Shown here: positions 41,497 through 49,514 of the stretch, one piece after another
How the letters are laid out: each line of letters begins with the position of its first letter
How positions within the stretch are numbered: the stretch's first letter is position 1
Assembly: GCA_963720345.1 (NCBI GenBank)
Contig: CAVRFN010000043.1
Coordinates: 58,658-122,657 of the forward strand
DNA length: 64,000 bases
Source: an uncultured Actinomycetota bacterium
GTDB taxonomy: Bacteria > Actinomycetota > Actinomycetes > Mycobacteriales > Mycobacteriaceae
Direction: 5' to 3'
Program-made: the position numbers and the translations under genes
The notes under the pieces: generated by a model
Seen by the model: only the letters and a program-made list of their open reading frames with translations
Told to the model about the DNA's origin: nothing
Database searches by the model: none

Positions 41497-42795
41497 TCAC
41501 TTCTGTTGGGCGGTGGCCCTATCCAGTTGTGCTTGCAATGAATTCGCGCCAAGACCGTCCCCGCCGTGCTCGTGCTTGCTCAGCGCCTGGATGGAGACGT
41601 CGTGGCCTTCTGCCGCCTTGCGTAGCGCCCCGACCGTCGCCTGCTCCTTGGCGATGTGGCTGAACGGATCGAAGTGGTACCAGCGCATGGCGTTCTCGTA
41701 GGTCATCTTGTTGATCTCGACGTCGGTGGCGTTGTGCCGTTTGAGCACTTCGTCAAGCTGTTCGGGGGCACTCGGCCACATCGAATCGCTATGCGGGTAG
41801 TCGGCTTCCCAGCAGATGTTGTCGATACCGATCTCGTTGCGTAACGCCACCCCGACCGGATCGGAGATGAAGCAGGTCAGGAAATGGTCGCGGAAGACCT
41901 CCGAGGGCTTTTGCTTGCCGAAGTCCTGACCGGTCCAGGTCGAATGCATCTCGTAGGTGCGATCGGCACGGTCGAGGAAGTAGGGGATCCAGCCGGTGCC
42001 ACCCTCACTCAGCGCGATCTTGAGGTCGGGATATTTCTTGACGGGCTTGGACCACAACAGATCCGCCGCGGCCTGCACGATGTTCATCGGCTGCAGGGTG
42101 ATCATCACGTCCATCGGAGCGTCCGCGGCGGTGATGGCAAGCTTTCCCGAGGACCCGATGTGCACATTCATCACCGTGTCGGTATCGACCAGTGCCTCCC
42201 ACATCGGCGTCCAGTAGTCGTCGTGGAAAGACGGGTAGCCCATCGCCGCTGGGTTCTCGCTGAATGTCAGTGCGTGCACACCGCGTTCGGCGTTGCGCCG
42301 AATCTCCTTGGCGCATGCTTCGGCGTCCCAGATCACCGGCAACGTCATCGGGATGAAGCGCGCCGGATAGGCCCCGCACCACTCCTCGACGTGCCAGTCG
42401 TTGTAGGCCTGCACCAGCGCCAGGCTGAACTCGGGGTCCTCGGTGGCGAACAACCGGCCGGCAAAGCCGCAGAAGGTCGGGAAGCAGATGGAGCCGAGGA
42501 TGCCGCCGGCGTTCATGTCCTTGACCCGCTCGTCGACCTGCCAGCAGCCCGGCCGGATCTCATCGAGGCCCTGGGGTTCCAGGCCGTACTCCTCCTTCGG
42601 CCGGCCCGCCACCGCGTTGAGCGCCACGTTGGGGATGACCACGTCGCGGAACTGCCAGGTATCCGACCCGTCAGGGTTGTGCACCAACCGCGGCGCCTCA
42701 TCCAGGTACTTCTTCTGCAGATGATTCGTGAACATGTCCGGCGGCTCGACGATGTGATCATCAACGCTGATCAGGATCATGTCTTCTTTGTTCAC
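41497..42795 (-). CDS. Amidohydrolase-2 fold protein, candidate dinuclear metal oxygenase
   Basis: ISVDDHIVEP, VHIGS, LSEGGTGW, WEADYPHSDS. Confidence 0.87.
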   Translation of the reverse strand: MNKEDMILISVDDHIVEPPDMFTNHLQKKYLDEAPRLVHNPDGSDTWQFRDVVIPNVALNAVAGRPKEEYGLEPQGLDEIRPGCWQVDERVKDMNAGGILGSICFPTFCGFAGRLFATEDPEFSLALVQAYNDWHVEEWCGAYPARFIPMTLPVIWDAEACAKEIRRNAERGVHALTFSENPAAMGYPSFHDDYWTPMWEALVDTDTVMNVHIGSSGKLAITAADAPMDVMITLQPMNIVQAAADLLWSKPVKKYPDLKIALSEGGTGWIPYFLDRADRTYEMHSTWTGQDFGKQKPSEVFRDHFLTCFISDPVGVALRNEIGIDNICWEADYPHSDSMWPSAPEQLDEVLKRHNATDVEINKMTYENAMRWYHFDPFSHIAKEQATVGALRKAAEGHDVSIQALSKHEHGGDGLGANSLQAQLDRATAQQK

Positions 42796-42819
42796 GGCGG
42801 CGCTCCTCTGTAGTTGCTT

Positions 42820-42836
42820 ACCGTATGGTCAACAGT
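42820..42836. promoter_or_regulatory. Degenerate operator ACCGTAT-GGT-CAACAGT
   Basis: 10/14 match between the divergent amidohydrolase and CMD genes. Confidence 0.45.
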
Positions 42837-42897
42837 TTAGCTGTCGCAGTCCCGCGCGTTACGGTGTCTCTCTGCGACAAACTTACGGCGATGTGAG

Positions 42898-43488
42898 GTG
42901 ACGATGTCTCGAATTGCCCCTTCTGAGGCTTTCTCTTCGATCCCGGTGGATGACCTCGGTCAAGGCGACCGGATCAACCTCGGAGTGGCGTCGATACTCG
43001 GCCATCGGCCAGAGGTGGCGGGCGCGCTTGGAGCGTTGAAGGCGGCGCTCGTCTCCACCGGCACGCTGTCGCCGCGGCTCGTCGAACTGGTGCGGTTGCG
43101 GATTGCCTTCCACAACCAGTGCCGCAGTTGCATGTCGGTGCGCTACCAGACCGCGATCGACGATGGTCTCACCGAGGACCTGGTGTGCTCGCTCGAAAAG
43201 CCGGCAGAGGCCGAGGGCCTCGCTGACGCTGAACGCAGCGCACTGCGTTACGCGGACCTGTTTGCCACCAATCATCTGGCGATCGACGATGCGGTGTACG
43301 ACGATCTGCGCCTGCACTTCACCGAGGACGAGCTCGTCGAACTCGGTGTGCACTGCGCGTATGCGGTGGGCATAGGTCGGCTGGCGGCGACATGGAGCGT
43401 TACAGAAGATGTGCCTGACGCATTCCGGTCGACATCGGATTCGCCTCTGGCGCCGTGGGATTCCGAAGGCGTCGTCGCATCCGGCTAG
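42898..43488 (+). CDS. Carboxymuconolactone decarboxylase/AhpD family protein
   Basis: RLVELVRLRIAFHNQCRSC CxxC; LRLHFTEDELVEL. Confidence 0.82.
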   Translation: MTMSRIAPSEAFSSIPVDDLGQGDRINLGVASILGHRPEVAGALGALKAALVSTGTLSPRLVELVRLRIAFHNQCRSCMSVRYQTAIDDGLTEDLVCSLEKPAEAEGLADAERSALRYADLFATNHLAIDDAVYDDLRLHFTEDELVELGVHCAYAVGIGRLAATWSVTEDVPDAFRSTSDSPLAPWDSEGVVASG

Positions 43489-43494
43489 TTTGCG

Positions 43495-43686
43495 CTAGCA
43501 GCATCGCGCGCCGGGGCTGGACTCAATCGTATCGTGCCGCATGCGCCAGTATTCACGCTCGGACATGACGGGCTCACCGGGATGCGTTCGGCTGCGATGA
43601 TCGACGTAGCGCCGGTAGTGGTTGTCGCCCATCAATGTGCCCCAGTACCAACCGATTTGACGGGCGATTTGGACAGCGCGTCCCAT
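43495..43686 (-). CDS. YbdD/YjiX family small protein
   Basis: YRRYVDHRSRTHPGEPVMSEREYWR...RCC; usual position downstream of cstA. Confidence 0.85.
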   Translation of the reverse strand: MGRAVQIARQIGWYWGTLMGDNHYRRYVDHRSRTHPGEPVMSEREYWRMRHDTIESSPGARCC

Positions 43687-45920
43687 TGCTTTTGCACCTC
43701 CTTTTCCGCCTGTGTTGCGATTAGACCCGACGGAGCGAAGATGCGCGACGGCACCGGTTCATTCTCGGTCGTCGACGATCCGCCGCCACGGATGGACCGC
43801 AGCGCCATGATGACCCCGGCCGCGACCACGATGATCACCAATACCGCGAACAGAATCGACAGCGAGCCCTGGATGAAGGTGTTGCGCACGATCTTGTCGA
43901 CGTCCGCCGGAGTCTTGGCCGTCAGACAGAGCTTTCCCGCCTCCTGCGCAGCCTCACAGATGCTGTGCTGGTTCCAATAGCCAAGCTTCGGGTCTGCGGA
44001 GAAGATCTTCTGCCACGACGCGGTCAACGTCACGATGAGATCCCACAACAGTGGGATACCCGGTACCCATACCCATTTCAGGAATCTCTTCTTCACCAAA
44101 ACCACCGTGACGACGGTCAGCGCAATTGCCGCCAGCAATTGGTTGGCTATGCCGAACAGCGGGAACAGCGTGTTGATACCGCCGAGCGGATCGGTCACGC
44201 CCATCAGCAGGATGCCGCCCCATGCGGCGACCACGACGACGCTGCAGATCCATGCGCCCACCCGCCAGCTGGGATCCCGGAGCTTGCGCAGCGGGCCACC
44301 GAGATTGCCGAGCGCATCGGACAACATGAATCGTGCGACCCGGGTGCCCGCGTCGACGGTGGTGAGAATGAACACCGCCTCGAACACGATCGCGAAGTGA
44401 TACCAGAACGGCCTCAGCGAGTGGCCGCCGAAAACGTCGAGCACCTGGGACATCCCGATGGCGAGCGTGGGGGCGCCACCGGTACGTGAGACGACCGAGT
44501 CTTCGCCGACCTCCCGCGCCCACCCTTCGATATCTGCGCCCCTAACCGGAGGGCCGGACAACCCGAGTGTATTGACGTAGTCCGCCGCACCCTGGGCAGT
44601 GCCGCCGGTCTGAGCCGCAGGCGCGTTGATGGCGAAATACAGGTGCTGGTTGAGGACCGCGGCGATGACCAGCGCCGTGACGGCGACGAACGACTCGGTG
44701 AGCATGCCGCCGTAGCCGATCAGCCGCATCTGGCTTTCCTTCTCCAGAAGCTTGGGTGTTGTCCCTGAGGAGATGAGCGCGTGGAAGCCTGACAACGCCC
44801 CGCAGGCGATCGTGATGAACAGGAACGGGAACAACGAGCCGGCGAATACCGGCCCGTTGCCGTTGATGGCGAAGTCGGAGACGGCCGGTGCCTCCATGAC
44901 CGGCCTGGCGAGCAGGATTCCGAGCGCCAGCAGCACGATGGTGCCGACCTTCATGAAGGTGGACAGATAGTCCCGCGGCGCGAGCAGCATCCAGATCGGC
45001 AGCACTGAGGCGGCCAACCCGTAGACGACGATGCACCAGGTCAACGTGACCGGGGACATGCCGAACCAGGCTGCACCCCATGATGTCTCGGCCACCCAGC
45101 TGCCCGACGCCACGGAAAGCAACAGCAGAACGACGCCGATCAGCGACACTTCCGACACCCTGCCGGGTCGCAGAACGCGCAGATAAAAGCCCATGAACAA
45201 GGCGATGGGGATCGTCATAGCTATCGAGAACACACCCCAGGGGCTCTTTGCGAGTGCCTGCACCACGACAAGAGCAAGGACCGCGAGGAGGATGACCATG
45301 ATGGCGAGCACGCCGATGATCGCGGCGACTCCGCCGATGACCCCGAGTTCGTCGCGCGCCATCTGGCCCAGTGACCGCCCGCGCCGGCGTGTAGAGATCG
45401 ACAGCACCAGGAAGTCCTGGACACATCCGGCGAAAACCGCGCCGACGACGATCCAGATGGTGCCCGGCAGGTAGCCCATCTGCATCGCAAGGACGGGCCC
45501 GACGAGCGGGCCTGCGCCGGCGATCGCCGCAAAATGGTGCCCGAACAAAACCCGGCGGTCGGTGGGCACGTAGTCCGTAGCGTTCTCGTAAAGCTCAGCG
45601 GGCGTTGCATGGTCGTCGCGCGGCCGGACCACCTTCATCTCGATCAGCCGGGCATAGAACCTGAATGCGATCACATAGGTGCAGATTGCGGCGATGACAA
45701 ACCAAACGGCGTTTACCGTCTCGCCCCGGAAGAACGCGATGACCGTCCAGGCCACGGCTCCGACCAATGCGATGGCGCCGAAGATTATCTTGTGGCGCGT
45801 AGTGATCGGCGACCTGTCGATGATGGCAACGGGGGGAAGGTCCTTATCCGTGCGGATATAGGTGACGTCGCCCTCTTGCTCTGCGATGCGGTCCGATGAT
45901 GTTGTGGTGGATGTAGCCAC
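43632..45920 (-). CDS. cstA: Carbon starvation protein A family transporter
   Basis: VLFGHHFAAIAGAGPLVGP, LLAPRDYLSTF, FITIACGALSGFH, ILTTVDAGTR. Confidence 0.95.
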   Translation of the reverse strand: MATSTTTSSDRIAEQEGDVTYIRTDKDLPPVAIIDRSPITTRHKIIFGAIALVGAVAWTVIAFFRGETVNAVWFVIAAICTYVIAFRFYARLIEMKVVRPRDDHATPAELYENATDYVPTDRRVLFGHHFAAIAGAGPLVGPVLAMQMGYLPGTIWIVVGAVFAGCVQDFLVLSISTRRRGRSLGQMARDELGVIGGVAAIIGVLAIMVILLAVLALVVVQALAKSPWGVFSIAMTIPIALFMGFYLRVLRPGRVSEVSLIGVVLLLLSVASGSWVAETSWGAAWFGMSPVTLTWCIVVYGLAASVLPIWMLLAPRDYLSTFMKVGTIVLLALGILLARPVMEAPAVSDFAINGNGPVFAGSLFPFLFITIACGALSGFHALISSGTTPKLLEKESQMRLIGYGGMLTESFVAVTALVIAAVLNQHLYFAINAPAAQTGGTAQGAADYVNTLGLSGPPVRGADIEGWAREVGEDSVVSRTGGAPTLAIGMSQVLDVFGGHSLRPFWYHFAIVFEAVFILTTVDAGTRVARFMLSDALGNLGGPLRKLRDPSWRVGAWICSVVVVAAWGGILLMGVTDPLGGINTLFPLFGIANQLLAAIALTVVTVVLVKKRFLKWVWVPGIPLLWDLIVTLTASWQKIFSADPKLGYWNQHSICEAAQEAGKLCLTAKTPADVDKIVRNTFIQGSLSILFAVLVIIVVAAGVIMALRSIRGGGSSTTENEPVPSRIFAPSGLIATQAEKEVQKQWDALSKSPVKSVGTGAH

Positions 45921-46121
45921 GATCCCTCCTCGTCGCTCCGCTTCGGCCGCGCAAAAAGACGTTGAAAAGGATTCCCGCCTTAACGGGTTTTAAGCACTGT
46001 GGCGATAGCAGCCGCGCTGCAGCTCAGCGGCTTGGGGGCCGATCTCGGCGGACAAGCTTCGGATTCGCATCACCGCTGGCATGATGTGCCTTTGCCAAAA
46101 CCTCGGCAGAGAGGCGCGTAG

Positions 46122-47510
46122 ATGAGCACCGAGACGTCCGGGCCCGATCTGGTCGGGGGGATTCCGCGTCGCCGCATTGTGATCGCCTCGATGGTGGGCA
46201 CCACCATCGAGTTCTATGACTTCTACATCTACGCCACCGCGGCGGTTTCGGTGTTCCCGCACCTGTTCTTCCCCAAGGGTGATCCGACGACGGCACTTCT
46301 GGCCTCGCTGGCCACCTTCGGTCTCGCCTTCGTCGCCCGTCCGGTGGGTTCGGTCCTGTTCGGCCATTTCGGCGATCGAGTAGGCCGCAAGGCCACCCTG
46401 GTCGCCTCCTTGCTGTTGATGGGGATTGCAACCTTCGCGATCGGGCTGCTGCCCACCTACTCGCAGGTGGGCATCCTGGCTCCGGCGTTGCTGGCGATCA
46501 TGCGCTTCTCGCAGGGATTGGCGTTGGGCGGCGAATGGAGTGGGGCGGCATTGTTGGCCACCGAGACCGCGAAGCCCGGTAGGCGAGGGTGGGCGGCCAT
46601 GTGGCCGCAACTGGGAGCGCCGTTCGGATTCCTGTTGGCCAATGGACTTTTCGTGGCGCTACTGCTGTGGCTCGGGCACAGCAATTTGAAGCCCGATCCC
46701 GACGGGGCGTTTCTGACGTGGGGCTGGCGCATACCGTTCCTGCTGAGCGCGGTGATGGTGGCCATCGGCCTGTATGTGCGGCTGCGCCTCGTCGAGACAC
46801 CGGTGTTCACCCGCGCCGTCGAGCGTGGCGAGAAGGTCAAAGCACCAGTGGCCGAGGTATTTCGGACCAGTTGGCGCCAGCTGATCATCGGCACCTTCGT
46901 GATGTTGGCGACGTACACGATCTTCTACATCGTGACAACGTGGGCGCTGAGCTTCGGCACCGGAAAGCGGCCGCCAGACGGCAAGGGCCTCGGGTTTGCC
47001 TATGTCGACTTCCTGCAACTACAGCTGATCGCCGTGCTGTTCTTCGCGGCAACATTGCCCTTGTCGGGTTTGATCTCCGACCGCTTCGGCCGCAGGCGCT
47101 CGTTGCTGGTCGTCACTGTCGGAATCATGGCCTACGGTGCGCTGTTCGGCCCGATGCTCGGATCTAGCGACACCTCACAAGGCACGATGCTGCTCTTCTT
47201 GGTGATCGGAATGACGCTGATGGGCTTCACCTTTGGGCCGATGAGCGCCGTGCTGCCCGAGCTCTTTCCGACGAATGTGCGGTATACGGGATCTGGAATC
47301 TCCTACAACGTCGCGAGCATTCTGGGGGCCGCGGTAGCGCCGTTCATCGCCACCTGGCTCGCCACGTCCTACGGCGTGGGCTGGGTGGGCCTGTACCTCT
47401 TCATCGCGGCAAGTTTGAGCTTCATTGCGATTCTGGTCATGCGCGAGACCAAGGACACCTCGTTGGATTCCGCGGGCGGACCAGACCTCGAAACAGTCAT
47501 CACTCCCTAG
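46122..47510 (+). CDS. MFS transporter, metabolite:H+ symporter (ShiA-like)
   Basis: GTTIEFYDFYIY, FGHFGDRVGRK, GGEWSGA, WGWRIPFL, PELFPTNVRYTG. Confidence 0.92.
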   Translation: MSTETSGPDLVGGIPRRRIVIASMVGTTIEFYDFYIYATAAVSVFPHLFFPKGDPTTALLASLATFGLAFVARPVGSVLFGHFGDRVGRKATLVASLLLMGIATFAIGLLPTYSQVGILAPALLAIMRFSQGLALGGEWSGAALLATETAKPGRRGWAAMWPQLGAPFGFLLANGLFVALLLWLGHSNLKPDPDGAFLTWGWRIPFLLSAVMVAIGLYVRLRLVETPVFTRAVERGEKVKAPVAEVFRTSWRQLIIGTFVMLATYTIFYIVTTWALSFGTGKRPPDGKGLGFAYVDFLQLQLIAVLFFAATLPLSGLISDRFGRRRSLLVVTVGIMAYGALFGPMLGSSDTSQGTMLLFLVIGMTLMGFTFGPMSAVLPELFPTNVRYTGSGISYNVASILGAAVAPFIATWLATSYGVGWVGLYLFIAASLSFIAILVMRETKDTSLDSAGGPDLETVITP

Positions 47511-47521
47511 CCGGCGATCGG

Positions 47522-47917
47522 TCAGACGCCTTCAGAACTTCTCAGGCGGCGGCGCAGCGAAATGGCGATTCTGCCCGCCTGAACCTTTGCCCGCGACGCT
47601 GAAGGCCCGTCGTACATTTCGTCGACCGTGGCCTCCCACAGCGCGAGCCAGCGTGCGAAGTGGTTAGCATGCAACGGATGTCGCTCATTGAGTTGGCGAT
47701 GAACCACCAGCGCATTGTCGCGATAGAGCCCGGCGCGGAACAGGACGGTTTCCCAGAAATCGCACATCACCGGGAGGTGTGACTCGAGTCCGTGGGTGCG
47801 CAACTCGCTGAACGGTTCGGCGAGCACATCGTCTGCGAACGCCCGACCGTAGAAGCGCCGCAACAGCACCTCGACGTCCTCGCGGTTGGTCAGGTCGCGG
47901 GCAGCCAGATCATTCAT
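47522..47917 (-). CDS. Group III truncated hemoglobin
   Basis: DLTNREDV..LRRFY, HLPVMCDFWETVL, H..L, HFARWLALWEATVD. Confidence 0.85.
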   Translation of the reverse strand: MNDLAARDLTNREDVEVLLRRFYGRAFADDVLAEPFSELRTHGLESHLPVMCDFWETVLFRAGLYRDNALVVHRQLNERHPLHANHFARWLALWEATVDEMYDGPSASRAKVQAGRIAISLRRRLRSSEGV

Positions 47918-47929
47918 CGGAACCCCTTG

Positions 47930-47955
47930 GTTTTTACAAGAGAACTTGTATAAAC
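47930..47955. promoter_or_regulatory. Palindromic operator GTTTTTACAAG-AGAA-CTTGTATAAAC
   Basis: 10/11 inverted repeat in the 46-bp gap between the divergent globin and regulator genes. Confidence 0.7.
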
Positions 47956-47963
47956 TCTAGCGT

Positions 47964-48638
47964 ATGCCGAAGGCGCAGACGGTGAGCTCCACGTCACAGC
48001 CGTCCGGTCGTCGCGAAGACGTGCTGGCCGCGTTGAGGGGTGCGGCCGGCGCGCTGACAATCGTTGAGATCGCGGAACAGCTTGACGTGCATCCCAATAC
48101 GGTTCGGTTCCATTTGGAAGCGCTGATCGGCGACGGCCGGGTCGAGCGTGTCGAGCCGGACCACAAGCGCCAGGGCCGGCCACCGCTGATGTATCGCGCG
48201 GTCCGAGGGATGGATCCCGGCGGGTCGCGGCGTTATCGGTTGCTGGCCGAAATACTCACCTTCGGTCTGGCCGGCGATGCCAACGCCAGCGCCAAGGCGC
48301 TGGAGGCTGGGCGTGCGTGGGCGGGCAGGGTCACCAGCCCGACCCGCAAGAAGCCGGGCGCCCGGGCGTCAGTCAATCGGTTGATCAGTCTCCTCGACGA
48401 CCTCGGATTTGCACCACAGCGGTCAGAAGCCGACGGCGGAGTCCAAGTCGGACTGCGGCATTGCCCATTTCTCGAACTGGCGGATGGCGCATCGGCCGTC
48501 GTCTGCCCGATCCACCTGGGTCTCATGCAGGGGGCGCTGAAAACGTGGCGTGCGCCCGTCACAGTCGACCGGCTGGAGCCGTTCGTCGAACCGGATCTGT
48601 GTCTGGCCCACATCTCCCGCGAGAGGCAGGCCTTATGA
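47964..48638 (+). CDS. ArsR-like HTH regulator with C-terminal Cys motif (COG2345/SufR-like)
   Basis: EIAEQLDVHPNTVRFHLEAL HTH, GRPPLMY, LRHCPF, VCPIHLGLMQG, PDLC. Confidence 0.82.
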   Translation: MPKAQTVSSTSQPSGRREDVLAALRGAAGALTIVEIAEQLDVHPNTVRFHLEALIGDGRVERVEPDHKRQGRPPLMYRAVRGMDPGGSRRYRLLAEILTFGLAGDANASAKALEAGRAWAGRVTSPTRKKPGARASVNRLISLLDDLGFAPQRSEADGGVQVGLRHCPFLELADGASAVVCPIHLGLMQGALKTWRAPVTVDRLEPFVEPDLCLAHISRERQAL

Positions 48639-49060
48639 GTGCCGGTCCGGCCACCGCCGTCGCATTGACCTTCATCTGGCTCGGCATGGTGCTGGCCATT
48701 TCATTTCTCGAAGCGCCGATGAAGTTCCGGGCCCCCGGCGTCACCCTGCAGATCGGACTGGGCATCGGCCGGTTGGTCTTCCGCGCGCTCAACACCGCCG
48801 AAGTGCTGATCGCCGTTGGCATCGCCATCGCGCTCGGACTGAGCAATCCGCGCGTCGGCATCGTCATGATCTTTGCGATCGCCTTCGGTGCTCTGATCAT
48901 CCAACTGGCCGGTGTGCGACCACGATTGACGCGCCGCTCCGATGCGGTGCTGGCCGGCGAGAACGCCCCGCGCTCCCATGCCCACTACGTCTACGTGGCT
49001 TTCGAAGTGGTCAAGCTCGTCGCGTTGATGGTGGGCGGAATTCTCCTGCTATCCAGCTGA
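48635..49060 (+). CDS. Conserved 4-TM membrane protein
   Basis: WLGMVLAISFLEAPMKFRAPG...IGRLVF; ATGA-coupled to the regulator. Confidence 0.75.
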   Translation: MSAGPATAVALTFIWLGMVLAISFLEAPMKFRAPGVTLQIGLGIGRLVFRALNTAEVLIAVGIAIALGLSNPRVGIVMIFAIAFGALIIQLAGVRPRLTRRSDAVLAGENAPRSHAHYVYVAFEVVKLVALMVGGILLLSS

Positions 49061-49093
49061 ACTTGCGCCAATCCGATCCCTACACTGCTTTTC

Positions 49094-49513
49094 ATGACCG
49101 GCAAGCCGATGGACGTCCTCTCGGTAGACGAGAGCTGGAATCTGCTGTCGAGTGTGACACTTGGCCGTCTGGTCACCTGCGTCGAGGGCCACCCGGAGAT
49201 CTTCCCCGTCAACTTCGTCGTGCAACGCAAGACCGTACTGTTCCGTACCGCGGAATTCGCGAGCAAGCTGTTCACCGTCGTGATGAACGCACAGGTGGCA
49301 TTCGAAGCCGACGATCACAACGTGGCGGAAGGCTGGAGCGTGATCGTCAAGGGCACTGCGCAAGTGCTGAATACCAGCGGCGAGATCGAAGAAGCCCGGC
49401 GAGCGCAACTGCTGCCGTGGACGGCGGGGGAGAAGCCCCGCTATGTACGGGTCTTCCCATCAGAGATCACCGGCCGACGATTCCGGTTCGAGTCCGCGTC
49501 GGACGCCGACTGA
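49094..49513 (+). CDS. Pyridoxamine 5'-phosphate oxidase-like (split-barrel) protein
   Basis: LGRLV...PEIFPVNF, VAFEAD, GWSVIVKG, ITGRRF; TACACT -10 7 nt before ATG. Confidence 0.85.
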   Translation: MTGKPMDVLSVDESWNLLSSVTLGRLVTCVEGHPEIFPVNFVVQRKTVLFRTAEFASKLFTVVMNAQVAFEADDHNVAEGWSVIVKGTAQVLNTSGEIEEARRAQLLPWTAGEKPRYVRVFPSEITGRRFRFESASDAD

Positions 49514-49514
49514 C

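Noticed and set aside
43495-43686. YbdD/YjiX protein as a selenoprotein
   Set aside because: Ends TGC TGC TAG (Cys-Cys-stop) with no in-frame UGA
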